This document shows positions 36,901-47,200 of a DNA stretch of 64,000 nt, piece after piece (position 1 is the first letter of the stretch; every line of letters begins with the position of its first letter). The position numbers and the translations under genes are program-made. The DNA comes from Candidatus Omnitrophota bacterium. Its GTDB lineage: Bacteria; Omnitrophota; Gorgyraeia; 2-02-FULL-51-18. A model generated the notes under the pieces. That model saw only the letters and a list, made by a program, of their open reading frames with translations. It searched no databases and was not told the DNA's origin. The DNA lies in contig CAMDWQ010000001.1 of NCBI GenBank assembly GCA_945877765.1, positions 86,253 to 150,252 on the forward strand, given 5' to 3'.

Positions 36901-39900
36901 GCGCCCGGCGGCCAATATTATCAAGGCGACAACTCACACCCTTCGGTGAAAGCGGTACGGCAGGTATACAAGGGACAACCAATGCTCGTTATTAGTGGAG
37001 ATCTTTCTTCGGTATGGAAAGAGCATAATCCTGAATATGATCTTGTGCTTCCTCTCGTCGACCAGGGTTCTGCTACCGGAGCTCGTCTGAGTAGCGGCGC
37101 TTTTCTTATCAAAAAAGGCATGCTTTTAGACCCAACCGAATTGGTAAGACCGCAAGAGGTAATCCCAAATGAAGTGTCGGGCAAAGCATATCTAGTCAAA
37201 AGATCCCCCGATGCTGTCGTCGCGGAGTCTTCGATCCGTCCATTCACAAGCGAGCCTTCTGCCGCGTTAAAGAGTGTCATTGCTAAACGTAAAGCATGGT
37301 TTTCAGAAGGAGCGCTCCGTTTATTAGGGATATCATTTCTCTCCGTTGTCATCTGGATTTTTGTGGATATGAACAGCCGCTCAACTAGAAAATCGTTAAG
37401 CACTTCAGCGCATGAAAATAATCCTCCGGCTGCCGCGGCTCTGGAAGAAAAGCCTTTAGTGCCAGAGTCTTCCCCGGTCGTCCCCTCGATAAACCAGGTG
37501 CAGGTTGTGGCAGGGGAGCACTTAAGAAAGGACTTGGCATCCGTGCTAGAAAAATCAAAATCGGAAGAAGAGAAAGCCGAGGAGCTAAAAGCCGCAAAAG
37601 AAATAGCCGAGACGGAACTGGCTTTGCTGGAGCAAGAAAAAAAACAAACTCAAGATGAGCTTGCGATTGTCTTTGCCAAAGAGCAAGTGGCAGAAGAAGA
37701 AAAAAATTCTGCTAGCCATGCACTGGAGGCGGCAAACACCCAGCGCGAACTATTCATCAAGCAAGCCTCACTCGTGGATCAGGAGATAGCGGCCATGGAC
37801 GAGGCGCAATTGCAGAAAGGTGCGGATGTACCGGTTAGTATCAAATCAGAAAGAAAAAAATTGTCGGCCGCCGATCTTGATCGGGCCGCAAGATCTACAG
37901 AGGAAGTTTTGAAATTCCAACCCGCTTTAAGTCCTTATACAAAAGAGCTTCTGTCTAACGGTGTGCTTCACAAGATCAATGAGAAATGGTCTTTTAAGCG
38001 ATTTGAAAGTCCTCAAAGAACCACTTGGTGGCCGTTGACCGAGCAACATCTTGAAGGCGTTAAAACACTTGAGCAGCATTGGAGAGATTCACGTCAAACG
38101 CTGACCGATGCTGGAGTCAACCGCAAGGAAAATGGCGAGTTTTGGGTCTCGGTAGATGGCACCAATTTCAAAATGCCCTTATTGGGAACCGATTTAGTAG
38201 GCATTTATTATCCCCAGAATAAAACAAAAGGTCAGCCTCAACTTTATTTTGTACAACTGGGCCGTGCGGCTTCTGCGAAAATCACACAACAAATCGCTAC
38301 CGAGAATTCTTTGGCGAGAATCGAGGCTGAAAAGAAAGCCCAGGAAGCTATCGAGAGTCACCGTCTTTTAATCGAGAAGAAAGCAGCGATTGATGTTCAA
38401 CATTTAGTGGTCGAGCAATCGATCAAGAGTTTTGGTGAGGAGATTCAAACAGCGGACGAAAAATGGCTAGGATTGAAAAACAAAGAGACCGAGCTCCAGC
38501 GGCTGATTCATTCTATTCAGATCGAAGAAGGTCGGGAAAAGCTGTTACAGCTTACTCACGAGGAAGAGAAGTCGCGTTCCGATGCCGATGAGTTGAAGAC
38601 TCAAGCGAAAAACCTCCAGCGGCAATTAGACGAAGCCCAAAAAAATATTCAATCAACAGAAAAGCCGAACACCTCAGAGACAACGCCGCCCGCCACTGCT
38701 TCGGTTTCGGAGCTTGCACCGCTTTTCAAAAAAGCTCTACAGGCTGATAATTTTATTCAATTCAGAGATCTTGAAAATAAATTTCTGGAACGCCTAGCCA
38801 AACTAAAACGAGGCGACAAAGACAAATTTTCTAAAGATGTCTTGGTGCTGCGCCAATTTCGCCAGTGGCACCTGTCCGTGAAGCGGATTAATGAGGCGAA
38901 GGCCCGAGCAAAAAATGCGGCAGCCACCGGTGATCTTGCGGCTTATCGCCGGGCACTCGGGCAATTTTATAATCACTTGGAAGTTTTGCGCGGTGTCGAA
39001 GAAAAGCTCCCGCCCGGACACCACTTTGTTAACTTCGACAAGGCGGCCAATAGCATTGTTTCGGCGGGAAAAGTATTTGGGGGTCGTAGTCCCGCGTCAC
39101 AGAAAATTGCCCGTCAAATTTTATCGCTTGCCGTCGCATCGACGGCGTCGGGAGGCCGTCTTGCGGCATCTTTTTCAACGGTAAACAACAGGAAATTTAA
39201 TCTTCTATTTCTGGTACCGCCGGGGGTCAGTGTCCAACAATTCTCGCGCCAAAATATCGATTTTAGAACCAGTCTTGGTCCAGCGGCATCGCGATTTAGC
39301 ACGCGCTACGCGCCAACGAGTGTTTATACCGAGCGTTTTCTCCGAGATAAAAATTACCCCGTGGATGCTATTTTGGACAGCACCTCGTCAACGCCTGAAA
39401 GTACTTTGCTACTTTTGACCAAACTTGCCGAAACGGATGCGCGGACGTTTTCAACACTCTATCCTTTCGTACAGCGTCTTCTGGCTCGTCCGGAAAATAT
39501 TTCTCGCTTGTCTTGGGCGGAGGAAGCGCTTCTGGCGGTGTGGGTTGAACAAACTCTACCCAATCCTGCTCCAAGGAGAACATTTGTCTCATCGGGACGT
39601 CTAGTCGCTCAACCTGAAATATTAACCAATCAAGCCGAGCAGGGCGGGCATTCTTCAGAAGTGCTTGCCTCGATACTGGATCAGGCGATGGCTCATACGA
39701 TACTTGCAGAAACTAAAGCAGAAAAAAATTCTGCACGGATCGACCTTCAAACGGCAACTGAAAATATTCTTCAATATCTTTCCCCATCATCCGCCGAAGA
39801 CGGAAGACTCGTATTTTCCGGCAAAGCCAATGCTTTGGCGCTTCAACTGGCTTCGACACAGCGCTCGCGCTATGCGCTTGTGGATCCCAGCTATCGCGTG

Positions 39901-40476
39901 GTTATTCCGGACGTTGCAGGCCAAGCGCGTAAAACGATTGTGACAGAGCTGGATGTGTTTGCCAAAGACGGGGCAGGAGTGCCTTGGAGTTACCGCATGG
40001 AGAATTTAGACCGTAAAGTTCCCGGAGTTTTTAATCACGTCTTATGGGTCAACGATTCTTCCATCCGCTCTCTGGCCGAATTGATCCGGCGGTATCCGCA
40101 GGCGGCGATTTTTGGAGACCAGGTGATTTTTGCGCCAAGCGCCAAAACACACAAAGATATTTACCAGGCACGCGGCACCGTCGCCATCGACGGCGAATCT
40201 ATCGTCCTTACGTCTAAGCCCGGCATGCTCGATGAGGGAACTCAGTCCGTTAGCGATGTCAGGCCCGCGATGGTTTTGGCTTTGGATGCGCAGGCAAAAT
40301 CTACCATCCGGTTTATGGAGGCCGGGGCGAGATACTTGCTGAATCATTCAGCATTGCCAGCATACGTATTTCGTCAACCCGACGGAAGCCTTGTTTTCAG
40401 ACTTCCGAATATAGTGCCTCTGGATTATATTCTTGAAAATCAGAGAGCTGCCCGAACCGCTGAAATGTCCGCTTGA
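30907..40476 (+). CDS. giant secreted protein A (3189 aa); conserved N-terminal module shared with B and C, GlmS-like segment, TM hairpins, long coiled-coil region
   Basis: Signal peptide MDEQKK...AVSAFLVVAFLSQDVAYA. Motifs IQDAH, LVEGGSGD and TGGFHS are shared with the two paralogues. HLRWATGGESTWDNAQPH (Ntn amidotransferase-like) and LAVSNSGQTQAVKAA (SIS-like) occur internally. Hydrophobic stretches around aa 1510-1570. E/K/A-rich heptad regions around aa 1850-2550. Confidence 0.8.
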   Translation: MDEQKKFKTQYGNRLKAVSAFLVVAFLSQDVAYAIGGINFNADSAKVASNPITFSNDTAIVRKFSQRSDEMVINIQDAHQKLGAQQSISSILDRLVWQYDLKLIAVEGGSGDVDTSALSSLPDEALRKKTGEHLLKEGLISAAEFYSIVSGNQVRLYGVEEDAVYRENLEVFKKLIDDKKDLRRELTLLQGALRSLEEKIYSPALKELEAKKMKHFRGQMKFAEYWEYFSSLAARLGIALDPYPNLEKISSTVVLEKNINFSAASAERESLIKRLSAELPKLSLEKLIFALLEFKQGKMASGKFYKNLVEMAEAASIEPTAYSNMSTYSRYVSLYEAIDLLAVFDEAERFESKIREALFANLEERNLWVLTHRVGIVSRLLDVTLDSADYEQIKSHKADFQIKKLKEDLFSLGVRHGFSTAGDVDFDRLEKNMPLALRFYELASQRNQILLANTLKKMRREKIQVAALVTGGFHSDGIAKLMEEEKISCLVVMPKFDEKSPDRPYISVLTKKPKEYEQLFKDSDFYLTAEVFFNHFPDYGEDRLAALVASLDRVSGKNHFTSGVVHQRDFVRRWVRGLRARTRDIQNPAVSVKKLNQALRGVSAVRREGDFYRVKVGEREFNVPLDQASREIDGSPIEITAVKAPASFLIETDSRQATAQDVSALVNQFSSKVSVWTMPGSTPRTVRVAVNREVERFERARKVRFTPQQKRSFQTVGARLCGPNLTARLRALPENQQPSIRFQPSKKPSIDVIRSPRQREVVRAQLEIAELRGGQSGGAAIMALDSKTGHVVVVFGKTKKRKRESPSVAVDAAVEKLVLKAANAGIVSLPEYDAEMSHLRWATGGESTWDNAQPHWHEEPKNVAVFGVSRQEHGGLKLGSKIMTVFNIIQHNGDLDYLKKSWLVNGIQQVVTLPFRKAREIYVRLMPRSKSRGTSDSKTIAEDVDFELTQGQVWKSVRYAYGKNFHDNSHQDLPFSEKTINDASAIATRCIEEVGLDLGDRFFNPGAVTLTDASPEAVLAVKQRVFDRFRDEKIFNKNSELEEFSDAFTKAFFYHDMAFVMRYLSFAFVGTAVVNVMSTLEPRWGVFAKTQSFSIGFNSEGVLGAAEPEAVTVPLMQDGDSTARQMFVPDGYYGTIEQDPRANNLIRLHAPLVEFDDLYQRPAPLSEGELHLFPVIGNPKIEVASGDIRQLASVENKNAIEDIPSVLKRVRESVLPGGRNRKALDHLKALITRQAQEWISDEETLIAKHAQEGRVHEAHKGGNYNLVLYGSDFNLDLIRRVADQMHGGMMDLNVAVMDSGELVELFKKKAAGREVPIGPNTIFLAVSNSGQTQAVKAAHSEIVKMQERGQLREGNNLVLTQKLFNALSSEGGQGYQLEDEVLPYTFLNLSHIRPDGSITRRNSEAASVTTAATEAVLTEMMIGAYQAVNDLAHNSAQNPQQLRPYRLAKDLTSEDFLAFREFQLAHYEQQAANRIGVDSEGQPITDSPDQKALGLEVEYRTQSVTEWIKGFMIFNLGYIALIACVLQLPLFGTALGSIFNARFDGALDAVFYLSGFWLTVVLIRWWEGRPLWDRILPRVEIFADHVGYSRIIERFNVALLANAQGFLSPLFYSANVVRDVLHRYSIRGWRGVLFYIYSPDETMGLKEAGDADSAGMVASQVRFNTFNAGGPHTHKILLQNSAYNRGMSKKSGHQDVGLSDVTDELKRKYSGKISETMQHLINRRLGDLSNYLIPEIVIGYRRAVNLSRFFNHVLDEIFLSSLVGKWPASVVRKTLVLVGFGWFHETFPIGESSGRAGILSTSHPVNSSLPGEDSARMLTRREAAQQNRKKVLSELVSAGAKEMEQSQILEEIEAEAIVIQKVAERTYQREIAEAEEVFANKVRTIEEHLTNAKALTNNPLIDDSFSPSLDARADRAREAAVAVREATMEQAGKRREAASENAILDAASPKIKALKANRHLPVPGNPDRIELSQTFDVVQADGGMDVYFPGGKRISFSLAPGGQYYQGDNSHPSVKAVRQVYKGQPMLVISGDLSSVWKEHNPEYDLVLPLVDQGSATGARLSSGAFLIKKGMLLDPTELVRPQEVIPNEVSGKAYLVKRSPDAVVAESSIRPFTSEPSAALKSVIAKRKAWFSEGALRLLGISFLSVVIWIFVDMNSRSTRKSLSTSAHENNPPAAAALEEKPLVPESSPVVPSINQVQVVAGEHLRKDLASVLEKSKSEEEKAEELKAAKEIAETELALLEQEKKQTQDELAIVFAKEQVAEEEKNSASHALEAANTQRELFIKQASLVDQEIAAMDEAQLQKGADVPVSIKSERKKLSAADLDRAARSTEEVLKFQPALSPYTKELLSNGVLHKINEKWSFKRFESPQRTTWWPLTEQHLEGVKTLEQHWRDSRQTLTDAGVNRKENGEFWVSVDGTNFKMPLLGTDLVGIYYPQNKTKGQPQLYFVQLGRAASAKITQQIATENSLARIEAEKKAQEAIESHRLLIEKKAAIDVQHLVVEQSIKSFGEEIQTADEKWLGLKNKETELQRLIHSIQIEEGREKLLQLTHEEEKSRSDADELKTQAKNLQRQLDEAQKNIQSTEKPNTSETTPPATASVSELAPLFKKALQADNFIQFRDLENKFLERLAKLKRGDKDKFSKDVLVLRQFRQWHLSVKRINEAKARAKNAAATGDLAAYRRALGQFYNHLEVLRGVEEKLPPGHHFVNFDKAANSIVSAGKVFGGRSPASQKIARQILSLAVASTASGGRLAASFSTVNNRKFNLLFLVPPGVSVQQFSRQNIDFRTSLGPAASRFSTRYAPTSVYTERFLRDKNYPVDAILDSTSSTPESTLLLLTKLAETDARTFSTLYPFVQRLLARPENISRLSWAEEALLAVWVEQTLPNPAPRRTFVSSGRLVAQPEILTNQAEQGGHSSEVLASILDQAMAHTILAETKAEKNSARIDLQTATENILQYLSPSSAEDGRLVFSGKANALALQLASTQRSRYALVDPSYRVVIPDVAGQARKTIVTELDVFAKDGAGVPWSYRMENLDRKVPGVFNHVLWVNDSSIRSLAELIRRYPQAAIFGDQVIFAPSAKTHKDIYQARGTVAIDGESIVLTSKPGMLDEGTQSVSDVRPAMVLALDAQAKSTIRFMEAGARYLLNHSALPAYVFRQPDGSLVFRLPNIVPLDYILENQRAARTAEMSA

Positions 40477-40519
40477 TTCGTACGCGAAGAAAGTCGTTTG
40501 AATTCACAGCTTCTTTTAT

Positions 40520-40978
40520 TTAAGGATGGTATTCCTGGACCCACTTTTGAAGTTTAGAATCATGAGGATCGTGCGAGAAATATCCTTTGATAACGAATTT
40601 TTTAAATTCTTCGTAGGGGTCCGTTTTGGAACAGGCTTTGCGAAGATGCTTTTCATCGTTTAGATAGAGGTAAAGGATTGTTTTGGGTTGATTTGAAAAA
40701 CAAAAGAACAGCCGGTATCGTTGCAAACCTTGTTTGTACCGCCGGTATTTTTTAAGCTCACCAGCTAGACGGTATTCAGGTCGGTCAGGATCTCGCGGAA
40801 TAATCTCCTGGTCCGCTTGCCGGATACGATAAGCAAATTTAACCACCTCGTGTCGTTTAAATTCCTCGTCGCTTAAATCACGGCGCAGTTCTTTGACTTG
40901 CTCTTTGAGCTTTTCAATCCTCTGGTAGTAAAATTCGTGGTAGCGGACAAGGTAACTATTTGTCATCAGCCGTGACAC
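40520..40978 (-). CDS. yhaV: type II toxin YhaV family (ribosome-dependent RNase)
   Basis: RYRLFFCFSNQPKTILYLYLNDEKHLRKACSKTDPYEEFKKFVIKGYFSHD aligns with E. coli YhaV RYRLFFRYSEKEKVIILAWMNDENTLRTYGKKTDAYTVFSKMLKRGHPPAD. Confidence 0.8.
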   Translation of the reverse strand: MSRLMTNSYLVRYHEFYYQRIEKLKEQVKELRRDLSDEEFKRHEVVKFAYRIRQADQEIIPRDPDRPEYRLAGELKKYRRYKQGLQRYRLFFCFSNQPKTILYLYLNDEKHLRKACSKTDPYEEFKKFVIKGYFSHDPHDSKLQKWVQEYHP

Positions 40979-41252
40979 CTTTAAGAAGCTCGTCCCATTC
41001 TTTACTCCAAACTTCTTTCGCTTGGCGAAGTTTTTCTGGGTGCTTCATGGCATCGGCCGCCAATGCTTGAATGAAGGTTGCAAAGAGAGGTTCGGACTCC
41101 ATCGTATCAAGTTCTGTTTTGTGGGAAATACTGATTTTTTGACCAACAACTTCCAAAATTACGTCATGACTTTTTGTCTGTCTAGCAAAACCAATGGGAA
41201 TATCTACGGCGTAGCTTCCGCCGTGTTTGAATAATTTCTTAAGTAGAATCAT
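40956..41252 (-). CDS. AbrB/SpoVT-type antitoxin (PrlF-like), partner of the YhaV-like toxin
   Basis: KHGGSYAVDIPIGFARQ is a SpoVT/AbrB swapped-hairpin motif. Start placed at the internal ATG at 41252, which has aaggag 8 nt upstream. Overlaps the toxin start. Confidence 0.65.
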   Translation of the reverse strand: MILLKKLFKHGGSYAVDIPIGFARQTKSHDVILEVVGQKISISHKTELDTMESEPLFATFIQALAADAMKHPEKLRQAKEVWSKEWDELLKGVTADDK

Positions 41253-41298
41253 GGCAAGGTCTCCTTTTCTATAGGAAGTATACATATAAATATATACT

Positions 41299-44200
41299 AT
41301 GTCAATCGTTGAAAAATTTGCTTTTTACCTGTTTATCAGCCATATTTTATGCATAGTTAAGCAATCTTATGTATGGGGTTCACTAGGCTATAAACAAGGG
41401 GATTTTGTATTGAATAATCGTAGTCTTTTAATAAGACATATCTCATTGGTGCTAATCGCGACTTTTTTGTGCCAAGAGTTGTCTTACTCAGCACCTGCTA
41501 TTCTGACACCAGCCGCACTTAGCGATTCCGTGGCTTCCTTTCAAGCCCCCACTGAGTTTTGTTCCCTGAAAGAATTTCACCAGGGGCAGGTAGGCAAACC
41601 CTTGATCATTCATATCCAGGATGCCCACTCCAATCTTTCCGGCCAGGAAAATCTCGCTAAGACCCTGGATCAAATCATGACCAAGTACAGTGTCTCCACT
41701 GTGCTCGTCGAGGGCGGTGGCACTGACGGCACGCTGGATCCTCTCAAGCAACTAGCGTCCCCTGAAATCATCCGGCGTATCGCCAAAAAGTTACTCATCG
41801 AAGGCAAGCTTGCAGGCGAGGAATATCTAAATCTGACTTCGGATCACCCAATGAAGATTCAGGGAATCGAAGACATGACCCTCTACAAAAAAAGCGTTGA
41901 AAACTATGCGAAGCTCGCCGATAGACGTGAGGCGATACAGGACTATCTGTCGGTTATTGAAAGATCTGCCGAGAAACTAAAGCGTAAATTATACCCCCAA
42001 GAGCTAATTTCCTACGAAGCGCAAAAGCAAAAGGACACGGATGGAGCTCTGGGATTTAAGTTCAAAGAACTTTTGAGCCTGGCAAAATTAAAAGAGGTGG
42101 AGATCACCAATTTCCCCAACCTTCAAAAACTGTCAGCTCTCGAGGAAAAGGAAAAGAGCATTGATTTCAATCTTGCGAATTTGGAACAGGCGGCGTTGAT
42201 GGAAAAAATCAACACAACGTCATCCCCGAAATCTTTAATCGGGGATCAAACCAAGTATGATTCCCGATTAAAACTCTCGGGAATGACGGTAGATCAATTT
42301 ACCTTCTTTCGTAACATTTTAAATATCGCCAAAGAAAAGAACATTGCCACTGAAGAATATCCCAACCTTCTGCGTTATTTTAATTATTTAAAAGACTTCA
42401 CCGATTTAGATCTGGAAGAAGTCCTAAATGAGTTTGAGCATCTAGAGGATAAAGTCTACGTAGCATGGCTCCCTAAAGAGGACTCGCGCCTTCTTCGCGC
42501 CATTGACCGCTACCTCGCCCTCTTAAAAATTGCTTACCGCATCCAGATGTCCACCAAGGATTTTGAATTCTTTAAAGCCAACGAGCCTGATTTTTCTACT
42601 GCGTCTTATCAGGCATTTTTGAACCGAAAATTAATAGAGCTTGGGTATTTTGAGGATGTGATTCCGTATAAGAATATCTTGGAAGAAGGCAAAAAAGCGT
42701 TGGAGGATTTTTATGATTCGGTGAGCCAGAGAGACCTTGCGTTTATTCAAAACACGAAACGGATATTGGGAGATTCTGTCATCCCCGCGAAAGCGGGGAT
42801 CCGTTCATCACTCGGTGCAGATTCCCGCTTTCGCGGGAATGACAACGCTAACATAGCTGTCCTCATCACTGGCGGTTACCACACGTCTCACTTGAAAAAA
42901 CTTTTTCAACAAGAAGGTTTCTCCTATGTAGTTCTGACACCGATCGTGACCGCCGAGACCAACCAGAAAAAATATGAAAATCTCCTTCTCTCAAGTGTTC
43001 GGAAGGAATCTAAAACAATCGAGGTCGTGCAGGGAGAATCCAAGCAAAATAAAACCTCAGTTCAATTGGATGTAGATTTATTAAAGATTGCAAAAAAAGA
43101 GGGTGCGCGTTTTGCGGGGGCGGTGATGACGCCTGCGAGGCTTGCTCAGACGTTGGAATCGTTCGGAGGATTAAATGACAGAGCGCTTAATACAATTCAA
43201 AAGGAATTCGCGGCAAGACTCGCGAACAACATCTCCGAAGAGACAAAAACTCCGGCGGCGACGCGGTTGGCGAATGAGCCAATCGCATCCTCAAACAACC
43301 CCTCTAGGTTGGGCTTGGTAGCTTTAACTTTAAATCTCAGGGTGGCGCTGTGGAAGCTTTCCTTGTACAGCGGATTTTCATTTGGACGTCTGCAGACGTT
43401 TTCATGGTTGGAAAAAAACGATCAGGGGTATTCGAATAGCTATTGGTTGTCGCCTCGGAAAACCGCGACATGGCAGGGAAAACAGGTCATCCCAAATTCC
43501 CGTTTAAGAAAATCCGGAATTCAACTCCATACTTTAGCCCTGACGCTTCTTGATCTTATGGACCAGGGGTTGTCCGATCCTTTGAAAGAGGAACTATTTC
43601 GTTTACTGGAAAAATCCGTTGCGCAACATAATCTATTGGCGCAATCAGAACATGATCCCGGAGCCAAGATGTCTTTACCGCTTCTACTTGTCAGAGCAAC
43701 GAGTGTCTTAATCAGGCCGGATAGTAATTATGTTCGATTGTCGCGCGCCATGATGCAAGCACCGAAGCGCTTTTTAAAGCCCATAGCCATTCTTCAGCTT
43801 AGAGCTAAGCAGATCCATCTCAACTTTATTTATTTATCGCCCGACATAGTGGATTTTTACGCTAGCCATGAGGCTATAAAATTTATTCTTGAGCCCGAAA
43901 ACATAGAAGACCCAAAACTTAAAAGCGCACTCATTGGATTTTTGGCAGGTGTTTTTAAAAAAAAGACTTGGCAGGACCTAGCGAAGATGGTGGAGGAATA
44001 TGGTTTGGGAGAGTTTGATGTTAACTCTGACGATTCCAAAGCGATGTTTGATGATTTTAAGACTCTCCTAAAAAAGCATGATATCCAGATGGTGAATTGG
44101 ATGAAAAGCCAAGCGTTGTCGACGGGATTGGAAAGAATCGGGGTTCAGTTTCTTCCCTATCTTGAGTTGTCGCGGCTTCTCACATCGCATTCGGAAAATT

Positions 44201-47200
44201 TAGAATCTTTATTGTTGGATCCGCAGAGCGCTTCAAATCAATCATTTTTTTTAAAAATATCCAAGGATGTCACTTTTGGTCTAGAGCCCAGCGCCCGGAA
44301 TATTGTTGAGGGCATTTACATTCAAGAGGACATAGATGTTGACCAATACTATCAAGACGTTTCCAACAACTTCATGACTTTCGAAAATGTCGGCGCGCGG
44401 TCGGCGAATAGTTTAAGCGACCAGATTAATTCTATACAGATTGATCAAGCTTTAGAAGATCAGGCTGGGCTGATTCGTGATGTCTTGCAAAAAGCCATGA
44501 CCAATCTTTTTGAGGTTGACTCTCCGGAGTATTTACGCGTTCTTGAAAGCCTGAAAAAACTAAGGTTTATGCGAGCGTATCAAAAGCGCGGTCATGAAGG
44601 TGCCAGCAGCCACTATGTGCCTAATTATATTTCTTTGATGTCATTCGCCGATGAACATACGATTATTCATGAATTCGGCCATCACCTAACCTATGCTTTA
44701 AAATTAAATGATCCAGTATCTGTGATGGGAAATATCACCGAAGCTGTTTATGATGCGGGAGAAAATCAACGTGATCCTACACATTTCCAAATCGGGGCAA
44801 AGTTTGTCGATGATTTTTCAGCGGAAAAAATTACCGACCCCGAATTCAAACTGCAAATAATGCGGCTTTGGAGTGAACGCGAATATAGGGAGGGGCCTAT
44901 GGGTGATATCAAGGAAGCATATACCTCGGCAACTATTCTCGCGGGCATTCTCTATGAACTAAATGGCAGAGATAAGAGAAAAGCTATGAATGCCGCTATT
45001 CACCTTTCTAAAGAAGACTGGTTCACGAGAGCGCTTGCCGTGGATCGCAAGCTTGAATTTTTTAAAAATTTGGCGAGTCTTGGATTAATCGCCCCGCTTG
45101 CGATGGGATCCTACAGAGCTGCATTTGTTGCCTATCGAGCGACGAATTCGGTTTTATATGGAGCCCTTGCTTTTATGGTGCCCATTATTTCTGTGCTGCC
45201 TTTTTTATTTTATTTAGGCCCAAAACTTTTTACTTACTGGGAAAACAAATTTTTTCAATCCATTGATTGGGGGCCTCCTTTTGTTGTGAACGCTAAAACA
45301 AAAGCGACTTTGTTGCAGGCCGAGGGACCAGAGAATGTGGGGGCGCGGTTGGCAGTTAGAGATGAGTTGGCTGGTGAAATCTCTCGCGGTGAATGGGATT
45401 TATTTGAGAGGCGCTTCGAAGCTTATGACAGGGACACATTACTTAGTTTGCTTACAACCTTAAGCCAAATGGCTCACGATTCAAATAAGAATGTGACGAC
45501 TGAGATTTCTGGGGATGCCGCGAGAAGAATATTTGGGATTCTGTCGGATTCATATCTAATTGAGTATTACCAGGATCCCTTCATCATGGCTTGGTATACG
45601 ACTCTTGCCCAATCCCTGATGGTTTTGATGCCTGACCAGGGTGACGAGAATACTATACTCGCGCGAAAAACACACGAGGAAACCACAGAGATGGTTCTGA
45701 TATCTGTGCTTGCTCATGTCAAATTTTCAGATCTATTGAATAGGCTGGTTTCTGATTTTGAGCCTGTCCGCCACCGTCGAGTTGTCCAGGCATTGTTCAG
45801 CAAATTTGAAAGTGAAGATGAGAGCGCAGAGGATATCGTGAGGGTTTTGCAGGATGATTTCACAGGTGGCCATATGTTCCGGCTATTTTTATTTATTTGG
45901 CAACATTTTGACCAGCCATTTGCCCAAAGCGTCGCAAGGCTTTTGAGGAAATTAAATAGGTATTTAAAGCTTATAGGTCAAAGTGAGGCGATGTTGTTGG
46001 ACGCGCAGATTGAAATTTTTAGAAGCGCTCTGTTTTCTGATAATGTAGCTGAGAGAAAAATTGCGATCGCCTTCTTTAGTGAGTTCATCCAAGGGGGTGT
46101 CACCGATACGCCTGAATTTGTAAATCGCTTGAAGAAATTGTACTGGAGCGTGGCGGAAAGTCTTGATATTTACGATCAGAGTACGGCGTCATATATTCGG
46201 AATATATTATTTTCCCAAACACATTCAATTGATGCCGCCGACTTAAAGGAGCTGGACGCTGATAGACTTGATCACCACCGTTTGGAATATCGAGATCAAG
46301 GGGTTATCGACATGGTTTTATATCATCTCTATGACTCTTTTGGTTTCGACATTCGAAGAAAGGAAATACGCGAGCAAATCATTGCCAATACCTATTTTTC
46401 GGACATCCTTGATATCGTTCTGACCAATCTTTCCGACGACGATTCCCCTTTTGCCGCCAATTTTAACTATGCAACTAAACTACTGGCCCTTAGAGAGCTT
46501 TTTGGTTCTCGAGGTGAAGGTATGACCCCGACTGGAGCCCAGGAGATGATTATCGACATCGTAGTGGATATCACGGCGGAGAGGATGGATGATGCCGCGC
46601 GGCTTGCCTCGCTAAACATTCCCTCCGGCTGGAAAAGATGGGCGCCGGCTGGGGCGGTGGTGATGGGACTTATTTTTTCGTCGAAGGGTAATACCCTTTC
46701 ACAAGTTAATCAACAGCCTGCGTCAGCGGTTGCTCATGATGGAGTCGGGGCGCCTGAGGTAAACAGCCTTAAGCAAATATTCAAAGTTGCTGGTGGCCCT
46801 ATGAAGAGCGCAAATGAATCTGATATCCTCAACATCGACAATGAATCGGTTCAATTGATCACCCGGTGGTATGTGGGGATGCACGGAAACACGCAGGGTC
46901 CAGCCTCTGTTATGATACAGACCAAACACGCGCTTATTACCTTTGTCCATGAGGAGGGAGATCCGGAGATTCAGTTTCGCGATGTGGCTAATACAGCGGA
47001 GATTCTTGGACGCATTCCTCTTTCTGTGGACATGCTAAATGCCGCTAAAACTGCCAATGAAGAGGCGAAGGCGCTTCCTACCGAACAAGTTATGAACGTT
47101 GAGGCCGAAGCTCTCGCGGCCGCGGTTAAGACAAGAAGTATTAATCACCTGGTGGTTAAGCGCCTATTTCCTTGGATACTCAAAAATATTTTAGAGGATC

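Noticed and set aside
31101-40347. Numerous 60-160-aa ORFs on the minus strand and in alternate plus frames inside giant gene A (e.g. 36507-36857, 36921-37403, 33816-34055)
   Set aside because: They are antisense or alternate-frame overlaps entirely within a long, clearly coding ORF. None has an RBS or recognisable motifs.
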